Below, one piece after another: positions 39,539 to 51,141 of a stretch of DNA of 64,000 bases. The DNA is taken from the NCBI RefSeq assembly GCF_006345805.1, contig NC_043013.1, positions 43,462,001-43,526,000 on the forward strand, read 5' to 3'. The number at the start of each line of letters is the position of its first letter. The stretch's first letter is position 1. Under the pieces are notes generated by a model. The model worked only from the letters and a program-made list of their open reading frames with translations, did no database searches and was not told the DNA's origin. This DNA is from Octopus sinensis. Taxonomy: Eukaryota. Both the position numbers and the translations under genes were made by a program.

Positions 39539-40240
39539 CTGAAATTAGAAGACAAATAAATGGATTTACCATGTAGAAAAGCAAAGGCCACATTCCATGT
39601 TACTATCCTCAAAGTCAAATACTGCATTGAATGTCAATTTTGTTATCCGTTAAAGATAAGCAATACTGGCCAACACTTGACAACTGTTTCCTTTAACACC
39701 TTCTCAATGTCTGTCACAACAATCTTTGTCCCAAAGCCAGTGAGTCACTGTTTCGACCCCCACCATCACCTTTCTGTCTTTGGATTCTTCCAACACCACA
39801 GACTTCCTTTTATGAGACAACTTCATGAACAAAAGCTTATTTTCATACTGGGCATGTCCTCTCCCCATGGCATCAACAACTGGTTAAATTTCCTATCATT
39901 TCTGATACATGTAGATGCACACATTTATACACACATTCTACTTAGATCATCACCACTCCTCTCTCTCACTCATACACATACACACACTGAGTCTGCTGCA
40001 ACTTATTTTTTTCTGTGCATCTCCAACATTTCAGCTCACTGTGAATAGGAGTAACTAAAGAATTAGCAGGAATAAAAATTTTCCACATCACCCAACATAT
40101 TAAGAAGCAACAGTCTTAATTCAACCAAAGCAAATAATATGACAACAAAAACCAAAACAAAGATAATGACAAAAAGGAATTTTTATCTAAGTATCTGTTT
40201 AATTCCTCCAAACACACACTCATGTAAATATAAGGATGTA

Positions 40241-41330
40241 CAAGGTTGGGGTGAAAAGTTCATAGGCTGACTATGAAGGATTGATGCTAGAGCTGTGAAA
40301 TGTTGCAGGCATTAATTTCAACACTTCTTATTAATAACTGCATTGTTTCTTTCCAGGTAAACTGACATCTGACTGTTCAAAGAAGACTTCAAAAATAAAT
40401 AATAGCAACTTTTCTATAAAATCAGCAAAATTAGGCATTGAGGTGTTATTGAGTACTGCAGAAAAAGGGTTTAGCCCCGAAGAACATTTATGCTGACATG
40501 GGTACTACACTGGGGGATGATGCTCCAGCTTTATCAACAAGTGCAAAAGTGGGCAGCTGAATTTAGGAGGGGAATGGAGAGTTTTGAAGATGACCCAAAG
40601 TCTGAACATCCTGCAACTACCACCACCAAGGAAGACGTTGATCATATTTACCACAGGGTGATAGACAACAGGCAACTGACTATAAATCATGACCAATGAT
40701 TAATAGGGGTCACATCTTCTGACACCTGAGCAAAAGCACAAAATTCATGCATGGTCAGTTAACACATTCAGTAAGTATACATGACAAGACAATTGTTTTA
40801 GATTCACAAGATGGATAAGCTAAACAGATATATTAGGCACATATGCAAATATATATATAGGGGTATACACAAGGTTGTTACTGTATAGAATCTGGTTGAC
40901 CCTGAACAAGCATACCTATTGTGAAAGGACATTCTGTCTACAAACATCCTGTGTTTTAGTATATTCTGGACTATAACATCCAGCATGTCCTTCCTTTTTA
41001 AGACAATAAGAAGAGATTTGGGTGTTGTTTCTAGCAGATTGTATGACCATTATGGGAAAATCCGACATTGTTTGACGGAGATCCAGCTGGTTTCCTTGAA
41101 TGTTTCCTAACCCAGAATGAGTTTTAGGTTCATCACTTTGAGACAAAGAGACAATCCACACAGTGGGAACACCCCTCCTTACCTGCTCCAAAGAAGGCTA
41201 CGGTAGATAAAAATCCTCAGATTTTTGAGATGCAAAAGGCATTGTATTTATTGACTATCTTCAAAAGGGCCACATCATCAATGCCAACTTGCTGAGACAG
41301 TTACAAAAGGCTATCGAGATCAAACACCCA
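40241..41330 (+). mobile_element. Degenerate mariner remnant interrupted by a ~300-bp insert (40749-41049)
   Basis: TA|CAAGGTTGGGGTGAAAAGTTCATAGG start; frames give QKWAAEFRRG..EDDPKS, HLLTPEQK, DPAGFL, PAPKKA, DAKGIVFIDYLQKG. Confidence 0.75.
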
Positions 41331-42565
41331 TAAATTTAATATTTATAGTTAGATGTCCTTCCTACAGTTGATCGCATGATCATCCAGTATGAAGGTAAAT
41401 CTCTTTAATTTTAATTAGAACTGAGGAAAATAATAACATTAACCCTTTTGATACAAACACACTTGAGACCACATCTGGTTCTCATCATCATCATCATCAT
41501 CGTTGGCCACATCATCATCATCATGGGTTGGCCACAAGGTTATGGTCTCACTTGAGCTTGCCAAGTCTTCTCAAGCACAGCATATTTCCAAAGGTCCCAG
41601 TCGCTAGTCATTGCCTCGGTGAGGCCCAATGTTCCAAGGTCATGCTTCACCACCTCATCCCAGGTGTTCCTGGGTCTACCTCTTCCACAGGTTCCCTCAA
41701 CCGCTAGGGTGTGGCACTTTTTCACACAGCTAACCACATGGCCATACCAGCAAATTTCTAATTTTAAAGTCATCTAAATTAAAAGCTTCCATCCAATTTT
41801 CATGTTAATTTATGTTCCAAACAGCATGAAAATAAACAAATTATTTTGCTAAACTTTACATTATTTTCTATATTACTGAAACAAACACAGCGAGTGCATT
41901 TCAACAGAAATATCATAATAAAAACATTAAAATATTTTTATAAAAATTAAGCTCTTGGTTTGGCTGTGTGGTAAGAAGTTTGCTTCCCAACCACATGGCC
42001 CTGGGTTCAGTCCCACTGTGTGGCAACTTGGGCAAATGTCTTCAACCATAGCCCCAGTCTGACCAAAGCCTTGTGAGTGGATTTGGTAGATGGAAACTGA
42101 AAGCCCATTGTATATATGTACATATATAGATTCAAATGAATATGGTACTTAATTTAGATGCACCAGAATTTGTGAATGTTATTGTGACCATTCACAGAAT
42201 CTGTGAATGTTATTGTGACCACTTGACATTGACCTAGTTCTCCTAACGCTGAATCTGTTCATCAAATAGTAGTAATTGGCATTCAGTTGTGACAATCTTT
42301 TCTACATAAATTCCTTATATGGAGCTATGACATCCCCTTTACCCCATTTCTATAATTAGAAAATCTTTATTGTCTCCTTTCATTTGTTCTTCCCTCTCAG
42401 AACCTTACAGTAGTCTGGAAAAACTGAATCTTAGTCAGTCAGTTGATGGGCTCCACTACCTCAAATGTTCTTAAAATTTAAATCCACATCTTTGTCTATA
42501 TATCTACCTTCTCTATAATGTTGCCACTTGATATGAAATTTTTTGTATTGATGGAAAACCTCTAT

Positions 42566-42657
42566 AATTGGCTGATGAGTGCTCAGCATTTTAAAACTGT
42601 TGTAATACTTACAACATTTAATAAAATGATATAGTATGAAACGATCGTACCAAATTA
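42566..42657 (+). ncRNA. Type I hammerhead ribozyme with palindromic stem III and extended stem II
   Basis: AATTGG-CTGATGA-GTGCT...AGTAT-GAAAC-GATC-GTA-CCAAATT; inner stem II pairs CATTTTA/TAAAATG and TGTTGTAA/TTACAACA. Confidence 0.75.
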
Positions 42658-42684
42658 CCGGAGTCATTCTTGTTGCTTATTTTG

Positions 42685-42717
<33 letters not shown>

Positions 42718-42979
42718 GTGTGTGTGTGTCTTTGGGTCTGTTTTTGTACCCCACCACTGCCTGACAACTGGTGCTGGTGTGTTTACATCTCCATAACTTA
42801 GCAGTTTGGCAAAAGAGACTGATAGAATAAGTACCAGGATTTAAAAAATAATTACTGGGGTTGATACATTCAACTAAAAATTCTTCAAGGTGGTGCCCCA
42901 GAATGGCCACAGTCTAATGACTGAAACAAGTAAAAGATATGAATAATGGGGTTAAAAAAAAAGGGTCAAAATTTTTTAC

Positions 42980-43094
42980 CTTTCCAAATCTTCAGTCTGA
43001 AGGAGATGTTTCAGTTGTGTTGAAGTTGTGGCATTATGCATCTGGCAGATTTCATTGACGGCATCTACTACAGTTGAAGGTTTTGAAGATGGAT
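42980..43094 (-). CDS. CEP70: CEP70 coding exon, 115 nt, phase 1 to 2
   Basis: ttctAG|AT CCA...GAA AG|GTAAAA; (D)PSSKPSTVVDAVNEICQMHNATTSTQLKHLLQTEDLE(S). Confidence 0.88.
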
Positions 43095-43258
43095 CTAGAA
43101 CAAGCAAAAACACCCATAAGATTTTGAGATTCTCTTATTTTCAAAATCCAAGCATGATCAGTTAACACATTCAGTAAGTATACATGACAAGACAATTGTA
43201 TTAGATTTACAAGATGGATAAGCTAAACAGATATATTAGACACATATGCAAATATATA

Positions 43259-43926
43259 TGGCACATAAAAGCACCATCCATTCGTGTCCGCTGCCAGCCT
43301 CGCCTGGCCCCTGTGCCGGTGGCACGTAAAAGCACCATCCATTCGTGTCCGCTGCCAGCCTCGCCTGGCCCCTGTGCCGGTGGCACGTAAAAGCACCATC
43401 CGTTCGTGTCCGCTGCCAGCCTCGCCTGGCCCCTGTGCCGGTGGCACGTAAAAGCACCATCCGTTCGTGTCCGCTGCCAGCCTCGCCTGGCCCCTGTGCC
43501 GGTGGCACGTAAAAGCACCATCCATTCGTGTCCGTTGCCAGCCTCGCCTGGCTCCGTGCCAGTGGCACGTAAAAGCACCATCCATTCGTGTCCGTTGCCA
43601 GCCTCGCCTGGCCCCTGTGCCGGTGGCACGTAAAAGCACCATCCATTCGTGTCCGTTGCCAGCCTCGCCTGGCCCCTGTGCCGGTGGCACGTAAAAGCAC
43701 CATCCATTCGTGTCCGTTTGCCAGCTCTGTCTGGCACCTGTGCGGGTGGCATGTAAAAAGCACCCACTACACTCACGGAGTGGTTGGCGTTAGGAAAGGC
43801 ATCCAGCCGTAGAAACACTGCCAGATCTGACTGGGCCTGATGAAGCCTCCCGGCTTCACAGACCCCAGTTGAACCATCCAACCCATGCTACCATGGAAAA
43901 CGGATGCTAAATGATGATGATGATGA
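43259..43926 (+). mobile_element. RTE 3'-UTR-derived insert with 8 tandem 61-bp units and (ATG)n tail
   Basis: Units start at 43261, 43322, 43383, 43444, 43505, 43565, 43626, 43687. Confidence 0.88.
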
Positions 43927-44509
43927 TATATATATAGGGGTATACACAAGGTTGTTACTGTATAGAATCTGGTTGACCCTGAACAAGCATACCTATTGTG
44001 AAGGACATTCTGTCCACAACCATCCTGTGTTTTAGTATATCCTGGACTATAACATCCAGAATGTCTTCCCTTTTTAAGACAATAAGAAGAGATTTGAAGG
44101 AGATTTGGGTGTTGTTTCTAGCAGATTGCATGACCACAGTTTTCTCCTCATTGATAAGTCATATACCAGGTAGATATTCTGGCTAGATACATTAGATAGA
44201 TATTCTAGGCAGACAGGTATACTTGGCAGTTTTGTAAGGAAAGCAAATATAAGTGCAGGCATGGATGTGCAATTAAAAATTAAAAATTTGCTTTCCAACC
44301 ACATGGTTCTGGGTTCAATCCCACTGCATGGCACTTTGGGCAAGTGTCTTCTACTATAGCCCTAATGCCAACCAAAGTTTTGTGAGTTGATTCAGTAGAT
44401 GGAAACTGAAAGAAGCCCATGGTGTATATATATATATATATACCCATAATATATACATATATACTTTGTATATACATGTGTGTCTCCCCACCACTGTTTG
44501 GGGTTTGTA

Positions 44510-44751
44510 AACTTAGTGGTCAGTTTGCTGGACATTGTTGTAGAGCTGAAAACGAGGTAATTTCTACTCTTCTCCTCTGGAAGCCATCTACTCGCGATAC
44601 CAGAGGGCGCACACTCTCCTACCCTGGTGTAATCTCCAGGGATACAGGCATCCAGCAACAGGACCTCCGTAATGCCATGATGGACCGTGAAGTCTGGCGT
44701 AGCATGGTAAATTCCATTGTCTCGACCACGGTCGAACAATGATGATGATGA
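44510..44751 (+). mobile_element. RTE-X LINE 3' end, 5'-truncated
   Basis: STLLLWKPSTRDTRGRTLSYPGVISRDTGIQQQDLRNAMMDREVWRSMVNSIVSTTVEQ* then (TGA)n. Confidence 0.8.
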
Positions 44752-45437
44752 ACTTAGTGGTTCAACAAAAGATTGATAGAATAGGCATAAAAAAAATGTA
44801 CTGGGGTCAATTTGCTCAACTAAAATTCTTCAAGGCATTGCCCCCAACATGATCAAAGTTTAATGACTCAAACAAATAAAAACTTTTAAAAATAGTAATT
44901 TGAATCAATCCCAATTTTAGAAAATTATTCTAGAAGAATGAAAGTCACAGCCGGTATTGGTAATGGTCGAACTCAAATCCACAGAACCACAGCAGTTTGT
45001 ATTCACCAGAGAAGCACCATATGGACTTACTTCTTAAATAAATAAATGATTAAATATTGTTGTGTCTAGGGAGGGTCATTGCGCCAGTAAAAATCAAAAT
45101 ATACACATGCCCAGATTCAATACTACTTCTGTTTTACCAACTAACCATTCAATTGTTTGTTTAATATGTTGATAAAACACTCAATTGATTATTAATTTTT
45201 TTCTGTTGGAGTCCTTTTGTGGCACTTCGTAATCTCATCAATGACAGGTCCTCACCTCTTCAAGGTCTGCTTTGAGTCTGTCTGAGATCTATAGTCTTAT
45301 GTCTATGCGTATGAAGGTTCTTTTCTTTCTCTTTTTAATTCTAGAGTAAATTTTGACTGGCCACCTACTTGATAGCAAGGTTGCGAAGAAAAGTATCTTG
45401 TAGCATGTGTATTCTGATAAGTATGTCTGTGTGTGTG

Positions 45438-45660
45438 TGTGTGTAGGGTTGGCTGTTTTTAAATAGTGTGTATGTTTGAGTGTGTATGTTTTCAACTGCA
45501 TGTGTGTTCTACACATGTGTGTGTGTGTATAGGGTTGGCTGTTTTTGAATAGTGTGTATATTTGAGTGTGTGTGTTTTTGTGTGCATGTGTGTTCTACAC
45601 GTGTGTGGGTGTGTGTATAGGGTTGGTTGTTTTTGAATAGTGTGCATGTGTTCTGGTGTG
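45438..45660. repeat. Local tandem triplication, ~85-bp period
   Basis: TAGGGTTGGCTGTTTTT(G/A)AATAGTGTG occurs three times. Confidence 0.8.
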
Positions 45661-46140
45661 TGTGTGTGAGTATGGTGTAGCTCTGGCTAGGTTTTTTTTA
45701 ATACATAAGCATCTATGTGTATGTTAACATGTGTTTATTTCAACACTCAAATTTACGTCAAGAATGTTGCAAACCAAATATCACATAAATGATTAAATAT
45801 TTTTATTGATTGCTGTTCTGGTCACTGAGTCAATATTTTGGGTGTGTCTGTCAAAGCTATTAAATTCTACAGACAGTATTTAGCCTAGGTCATCTAGTGA
45901 AATGGTATTGCCCACGCAGAGCAAGGTGGATTTAGTCTCTTGGTTATGAACCCAATACAGACCAGGTAGTATGTATGATACAGACTCTAACCCTTAATTG
46001 TACAATTACCTATCAACTCAACCATGACAGCAGCAATGCTCAGAGTCAACTACTACACCTTTTGCAATCAGAGGTACACTAGCAGGGGAAGTTTCTCAAT
46101 AACTCTGGTATATAATCCATAACAGTGAAATGAACAGAGG

Positions 46141-46151
46141 TAATAATAATG

Positions 46152-46234
<83 letters not shown>

Positions 46235-46245
46235 CATCATCATCG
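46141..46245. repeat. (TAA)n/(CAT)n microsatellite
   Basis: Direct reading. Confidence 0.97.
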
Positions 46246-46467
46246 TCATCATTGTCATTGTTGTTGTAACATCCACTTTTCCATGCTTGCATGGATATGG
46301 CAGATTTTCTTTGGCTGAATGCCTTTCCTGTCACCAACCATTAGCTATTTTTAAGCAAGGTGATATTTCCTCATGGCCTGACATGTTTGCACAGAATAGT
46401 GAAATGAATGACATTCATTTACAACAGTCACATGATGTCAAGACAAGGAAAAACAAAACACACACAC

Positions 46468-46507
<40 letters not shown>

Positions 46508-46806
46508 TCAGGCTTCTTTCCAGTTTCCATCTACAAGATCCATCCACAAGGCTTTTGTCAGCCAAGGGCTATAGTAGTAGATACTTTGCCAAAGAGGCAA
46601 TGCAGTGGGATTGAACCCGGAACCACATGATTGGAAAACAAACTTCTTAACCACATAATAACCACACCAGGAACTATAATGGAGAATAAAAAGTGCTGTC
46701 CAGAAACACAATAAAATATTTGTGGCAGATTAGAACTAAAGGATTAAGTTACAATTTGATACTTGATGAAAACTAAAAAAAAAAAAAAAATCATAAAAAC
46801 AGCAAA

Positions 46807-47206
46807 GGAGTGGCTGTGTGGTAAGTAGCTTGCTAACCAACCACATGGTTCCAGGTTCAATCCCACTGCGTGGCATCTTGGGCAAGTGTCTTCTGCTATA
46901 GCCCCGGGCCGACCAATGCCTTGTGAGTGGATTTGGTAGACGGAAACTGAAAGAAGCCTGTCATATATATGTATATATATATATGTATGTGTGTGTGTTT
47001 GTGTGTCTGTGTTTGTTCCCCTAGCATTGCTTGACAACCGATGCTGGTGTGTTTATGTCCCCGTCACTTAGCGGTTCGGCAAAAAGAGACCGATAGAATA
47101 AGTACTGGGCTTACAAAAAGAATAAGTCCCGGGGTCGAGTTGCTCGACTAAAGGCGGTGCTCCAGCATGGCCGCAGTCAAATGACTGAAACAAGTAAAAG
47201 AGTAAA
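46807..47206 (+). mobile_element. SINE, GGAGTGGCTGTGTGG family (CpG-rich, probably young)
   Basis: Full-length copy retaining many CpGs. Confidence 0.88.
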
Positions 47207-48274
47207 GGACGAAAATGGCTGAAATGATTCTGGTACTCTTGCTGGCCACTGCTGATATGAATTACAGCAAGATCACAAGAAATCTTATTTCAGAACAGAT
47301 ACTACAGTAACTGGCTTATCAACAGCATGTGTACATTAATACATTGACTGTCACAGCCTGTTGCTGGAACTTACTGGTGATGCCACATGTTTCCCATGCT
47401 GCTACACTCAGTGCAACATTACAATAGTTCATAATTAAACTTTAATATGTTGCACGCAATAGCAGAATCGTTATCATGAGTTCAAATTCCACTGGGGTTG
47501 ACTATACTTTTCATCCTTCAGGGGTCAATAAAATATGTACCAGTTGAGCACTGGGGTCGATGTAATCAACTTACCCCCTCCCCTTAAACTGCTGGCCTTG
47601 CACTAAAATTCGAAACCAATATTTAGCATTCATGTTATTTAATATTCAAAATGCAGTTTACAGAGAGGGAGTGTTAAGCATCATCATCATCATCATCATC
47701 ATTGTTTAGCGTCTGCTTTCCATGCTAGCATGGGTTGGACGGTTTGACTGGGGTCTGGGAAGCCACGAGGCTGCACCAGGCTCCAGTTTGATCTGGCAGT
47801 GTTTCTACAGCTGGATGCCCTTCCTGGTGCCAGTCAAGGCAGCGCTGGCATCGGTCACGTTCAATGGTGCTTTTTAAACGCCACTGGCACGGGTATCACA
47901 ACTACAATTTCCATTTGAATTTTATTTTGATGTTGATGTACTTGACTCAGGTCTCCTCAAGCACAGCAGGTTGCCCAACAATCCAAGGTAAGCACAGCAG
48001 GCCATCCTGCAAGGCAATTAACTCACTTCATTTGTCGGGTCTTCAGTCACAGCATATCTCCAGAGGTTTCAGTCTTTCGTCATTGTCTCTGTGAGGCCCA
48101 ACGTTCAAAGGTCATGCTTGACCACCTCACCCCATGTCTTCCTGGGTCTACCTCTACCCCAGATTCCATCAACTGTTTGGGAGTGGCGCTTCTTCACACA
48201 TCTCTCCTCATCCATCCGTAGTACATGACCATACCAACGCAAATGTCTCTCCTGCACTGATAAGTAAAACTGAA

Positions 48275-49070
48275 ATGTCATTATCAGTCTGAATATGCTT
48301 GAGGCACGTTCAAACCAGTGAACAAGCTGCTCACTGCATTTTGTCATGGAAAAATATATCCTGTTTGTTGACAAACAGTGAGCTGCCGCAGTGCTGCCAG
48401 TTGTTGTATGGCAACTAGGTGGAGGCACAATGGCCCAGTGGTTAGGGCAGCAGACTTGCGGTCATAGGATCGCGGTTTCGATTCCTAGACCGGGCGTTGT
48501 GAGTGTTTATTGAGTGAAAACACCTAAAGCTCCACGAGGCTCCGGCAGGGGATGGTGGTGATCCCTGCTGTACTCTTTCACCACAACTTTCTCTCACTCT
48601 TACTTCCTGTTTCTGTTGTACCTTGTATTTCAAAGGGCCGGCCTTGTCACTCTCTGTGTCACGCTGAATATCCCCGAGAACTACGTTAAGGGTACACGTG
48701 TCTGTGGAGTGCTCAGCCACTTACACGTTAATTTCACGAGCAGGCTGTTCCGTTGATTCGGATCAACCGGAACCCTCGTCGTCGTAACCGACGGAGTGCT
48801 TCTATATATGTATGGCAACTAGAAAAGCATAAGAGAGTCAGTCTCTTCAATCAGCTCGTAGCATCACCTGCATGGTGTCCTTGACTGAAGAGATAACTAC
48901 TTTGAAATGCTTGCATCTTACAGTCTGGGTAGATGGCACAGAAAGCTGATCTAGGTGTATACACACCATTTGTCAACAAGCAGGATATATTTTCCATGTC
49001 AAAATGCAGGGAGTAGCTTCTTCACCGGTTCGAATGTACCTTGAGCATATTCGGACAGATAATAACATCA
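48275..49070. mobile_element. Old fold-back element with ~105-bp imperfect inverted arms, SINE nested inside
   Basis: 48275-48380 and 48966-49070 are reverse complements at roughly 80-85% by eye. Confidence 0.6.
48419..48808 (+). mobile_element. tRNA-derived SINE with 14-bp TSD TGTATGGCAACTAG
   Basis: TSD at 48405-48418 and 48809-48822; A-box GGCCCAGTGGTTAG, B-box GGTTTCGATTCC; same head at ~32272. Confidence 0.88.
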
Positions 49071-49477
49071 CAATAAATATGTAGTGGGCAGCAAGTTGGC
49101 AGAAACGTTAACATACCAGGCAAAATGCTTAGTGGCATATCATCCATCTTACTGTTCAGAGTTCAAATTCTTTCATGGTCGACTTAGAAACTAACATTTA
49201 ATATTTAGTACTCAAGTTATTTAAATATCCACAAAACTGTGTCAAAAATACAGAAAAATTATTTTTTCAAATTAATAAAATGTACCACCGGTAATACATA
49301 TGGGGGGGTTGTGTAAAGTTTGTGATGAGCCACCGATGGTACGTGTCATGGTTAATGAGTTAGGCCTTTAGCATTCACAACATTTTGCCAAAATTAATGC
49401 TTTTTTATTCACATTGCTTTGAATTAACCATGCATTATCTTGCAGCTATGAGATTTTCATAAGGTAACTGTTAATTT

Positions 49478-50292
49478 TTAGGTGACCCGCTCTATGCGCA
49501 GGTGAGGGTGTGGTTGTTACTTTCTGTTTCTTATCGCCACATCCTCTCTCTTTGTTTCTCTCTCCTTTCTCTTTCACTTTCCCACTCTCTTACTCTTCCT
49601 TTCTCTCGGACTCTCCCTTGCTTTCTCTTACTCTCTATCTTTCTCTATCTCTCTCCCATTTATAAAAAACAAAAGATCTTGAGTAAGTTGAGAAAGAAAA
49701 ATATTTTGAAAGATCAATCATAAATATCAGGCAGTGGCAATGGAAAGCACATTTGCCTTTTGTACGTGCCACTATTTGAGCAATTAAAAATAAGGAAAAA
49801 AAAATTTCTTTGTTAAATTTAGTACTTATTTTGGGAATTTTTCGACAACTGACCATGCAAATGAAAGCTCTAAACATGGGCTTACATGAAACTGTAAATT
49901 TCTTTCAGAAAAAATGAAAACTGTAAACAATAAAAAATAAAAGGCAAAAATACATAAAAATGAGAAATTTTGTTCAACTTCAAAAATCTTGCCTTAATTT
50001 TCAAAATTTCAAACCCATTTTCCGCACTTAAATTACAAATATGCTTCCACTTTACCATGTTGAAAATTTGATTGAAATCAGTCAAAAGGTGTCCAATCTA
50101 GACCCCCAAAATCAATAAAATCCCCATTTTCACACCAAAGCAACCACTGTAGCACGCCAAAACATCTCCCAATCAATTTCTCGCCTCAAGTTACCCCCTC
50201 CTGTAAATTTTAATCCCCTTGCAGCCTCATTTAGACTCCTTTTTACATAAAAATCCAATTTGCATCAATGTTCGCCTTCTTCATTTTATAGA
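49478..50292 (-). mobile_element. Non-autonomous Helitron-like insert nested in a piggyBac-like MITE
   Basis: Minus strand begins A^TCTATAAAATG and ends ACCTGC-GCATAGA-GCGGGT-CAC-CTAA; it splits the 219-bp MITE (49363-49481 plus 50293-50396). Confidence 0.55.
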
Positions 50293-50483
50293 TTAGATTA
50301 TAGGGTTGGTGTGAGAGGCCAGATTTTGTTGGGTTGAACATAAAACTGGCAGACTACTTCGGCTGGATATGACTGGATTAAATACTAAAAGGTTAAGTAT
50401 GATACATAGACGGCTATTACAAACACAGTGTTTGAAGGGGGAAAGAAGAATCAGATAGAAATCAAAGAAAAATCATCATTTAC

Positions 50484-50652
50484 CCAGTCCTAACAAAGTC
50501 TTCAGAATTTTCATGATGTTCTGCAATTCCCCGACCTTTGTATAGACCTGATTCATGGCTGGGTAGATGCCGGATAAGGTAGGAACTTCAAATAATATCT
50601 GGAAATGTTGGACGAGATTTTCTAAAGCAGCACTAGACGAATCCTGCTCATC
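50484..50652 (-). CDS. CEP70: CEP70 coding exon, 169 nt, phase 0 to 1
   Basis: ttctcAG|GAT GAG...CTG G|GTAAAT; DEQDSSSAALENLVQHFQILFEVPTLSGIYPAMNQVYTKVGELQNIMKILKTLLGL matches the CEP70 motif [27 protein letters not shown]. Confidence 0.92.
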
Positions 50653-51141
50653 CTGAGAAGAAAAGGTTGGAAACAAGAAGTTCATAGTGAAACTTGGGAC
50701 AGTAAAATGTGGAGGAGGACAAGTAGGGGATGAATAGGAACAAGTTATTAGTGATGCATAATGCCACCAAGCAGTGGTTCTCAACTACTTTTTACCTATG
50801 GACCCCTTGATTCTTATTATACTCGGATGGACCCTCATAGCTTTTTGTTGTTTAAGAAATCCTATTATACTGTTGTCTTTTTTCTTTTACTTGAAGAATT
50901 TTTAGTCAAATCAATTGACCCCAGTCCTCTTTTACTTGTCTCAGTCATGCGACTGTGGCCATGCTGGAGTACCACCTTTAATAGAGCAAATCGACCCCAG
51001 GACTTATTTTTTGTAAGCCTAGTACTTATTCTATTGGTCTCTTTGCCGAACCGCTAAGTTACGGGGACATAAACACACCAACATGAGTTGTCAAGTAATG
51101 TTGAGGGGACAAACACAGGCACACAAATATATACACATACA

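Noticed and set aside
43261-43745. CRISPR-like regular 61-bp periodicity
   Set aside because: Whole units are near-identical with no unique spacers, no cas genes, eukaryotic context; it is a VNTR in an RTE 3' UTR
43207-43881. 224-aa ORF and similar GC-rich ORFs at 29159-29513, 51347-52865 and 62328-62770
   Set aside because: Products of tandem RTE-UTR units; periodic peptides in several frames
48879-48925. CTGAAGA...GAAATGCTTGCATC hammerhead-like string
   Set aside because: Stem III is plausible but stem I has only ~3 weak pairs and stem II is essentially absent; not distinguishable from chance
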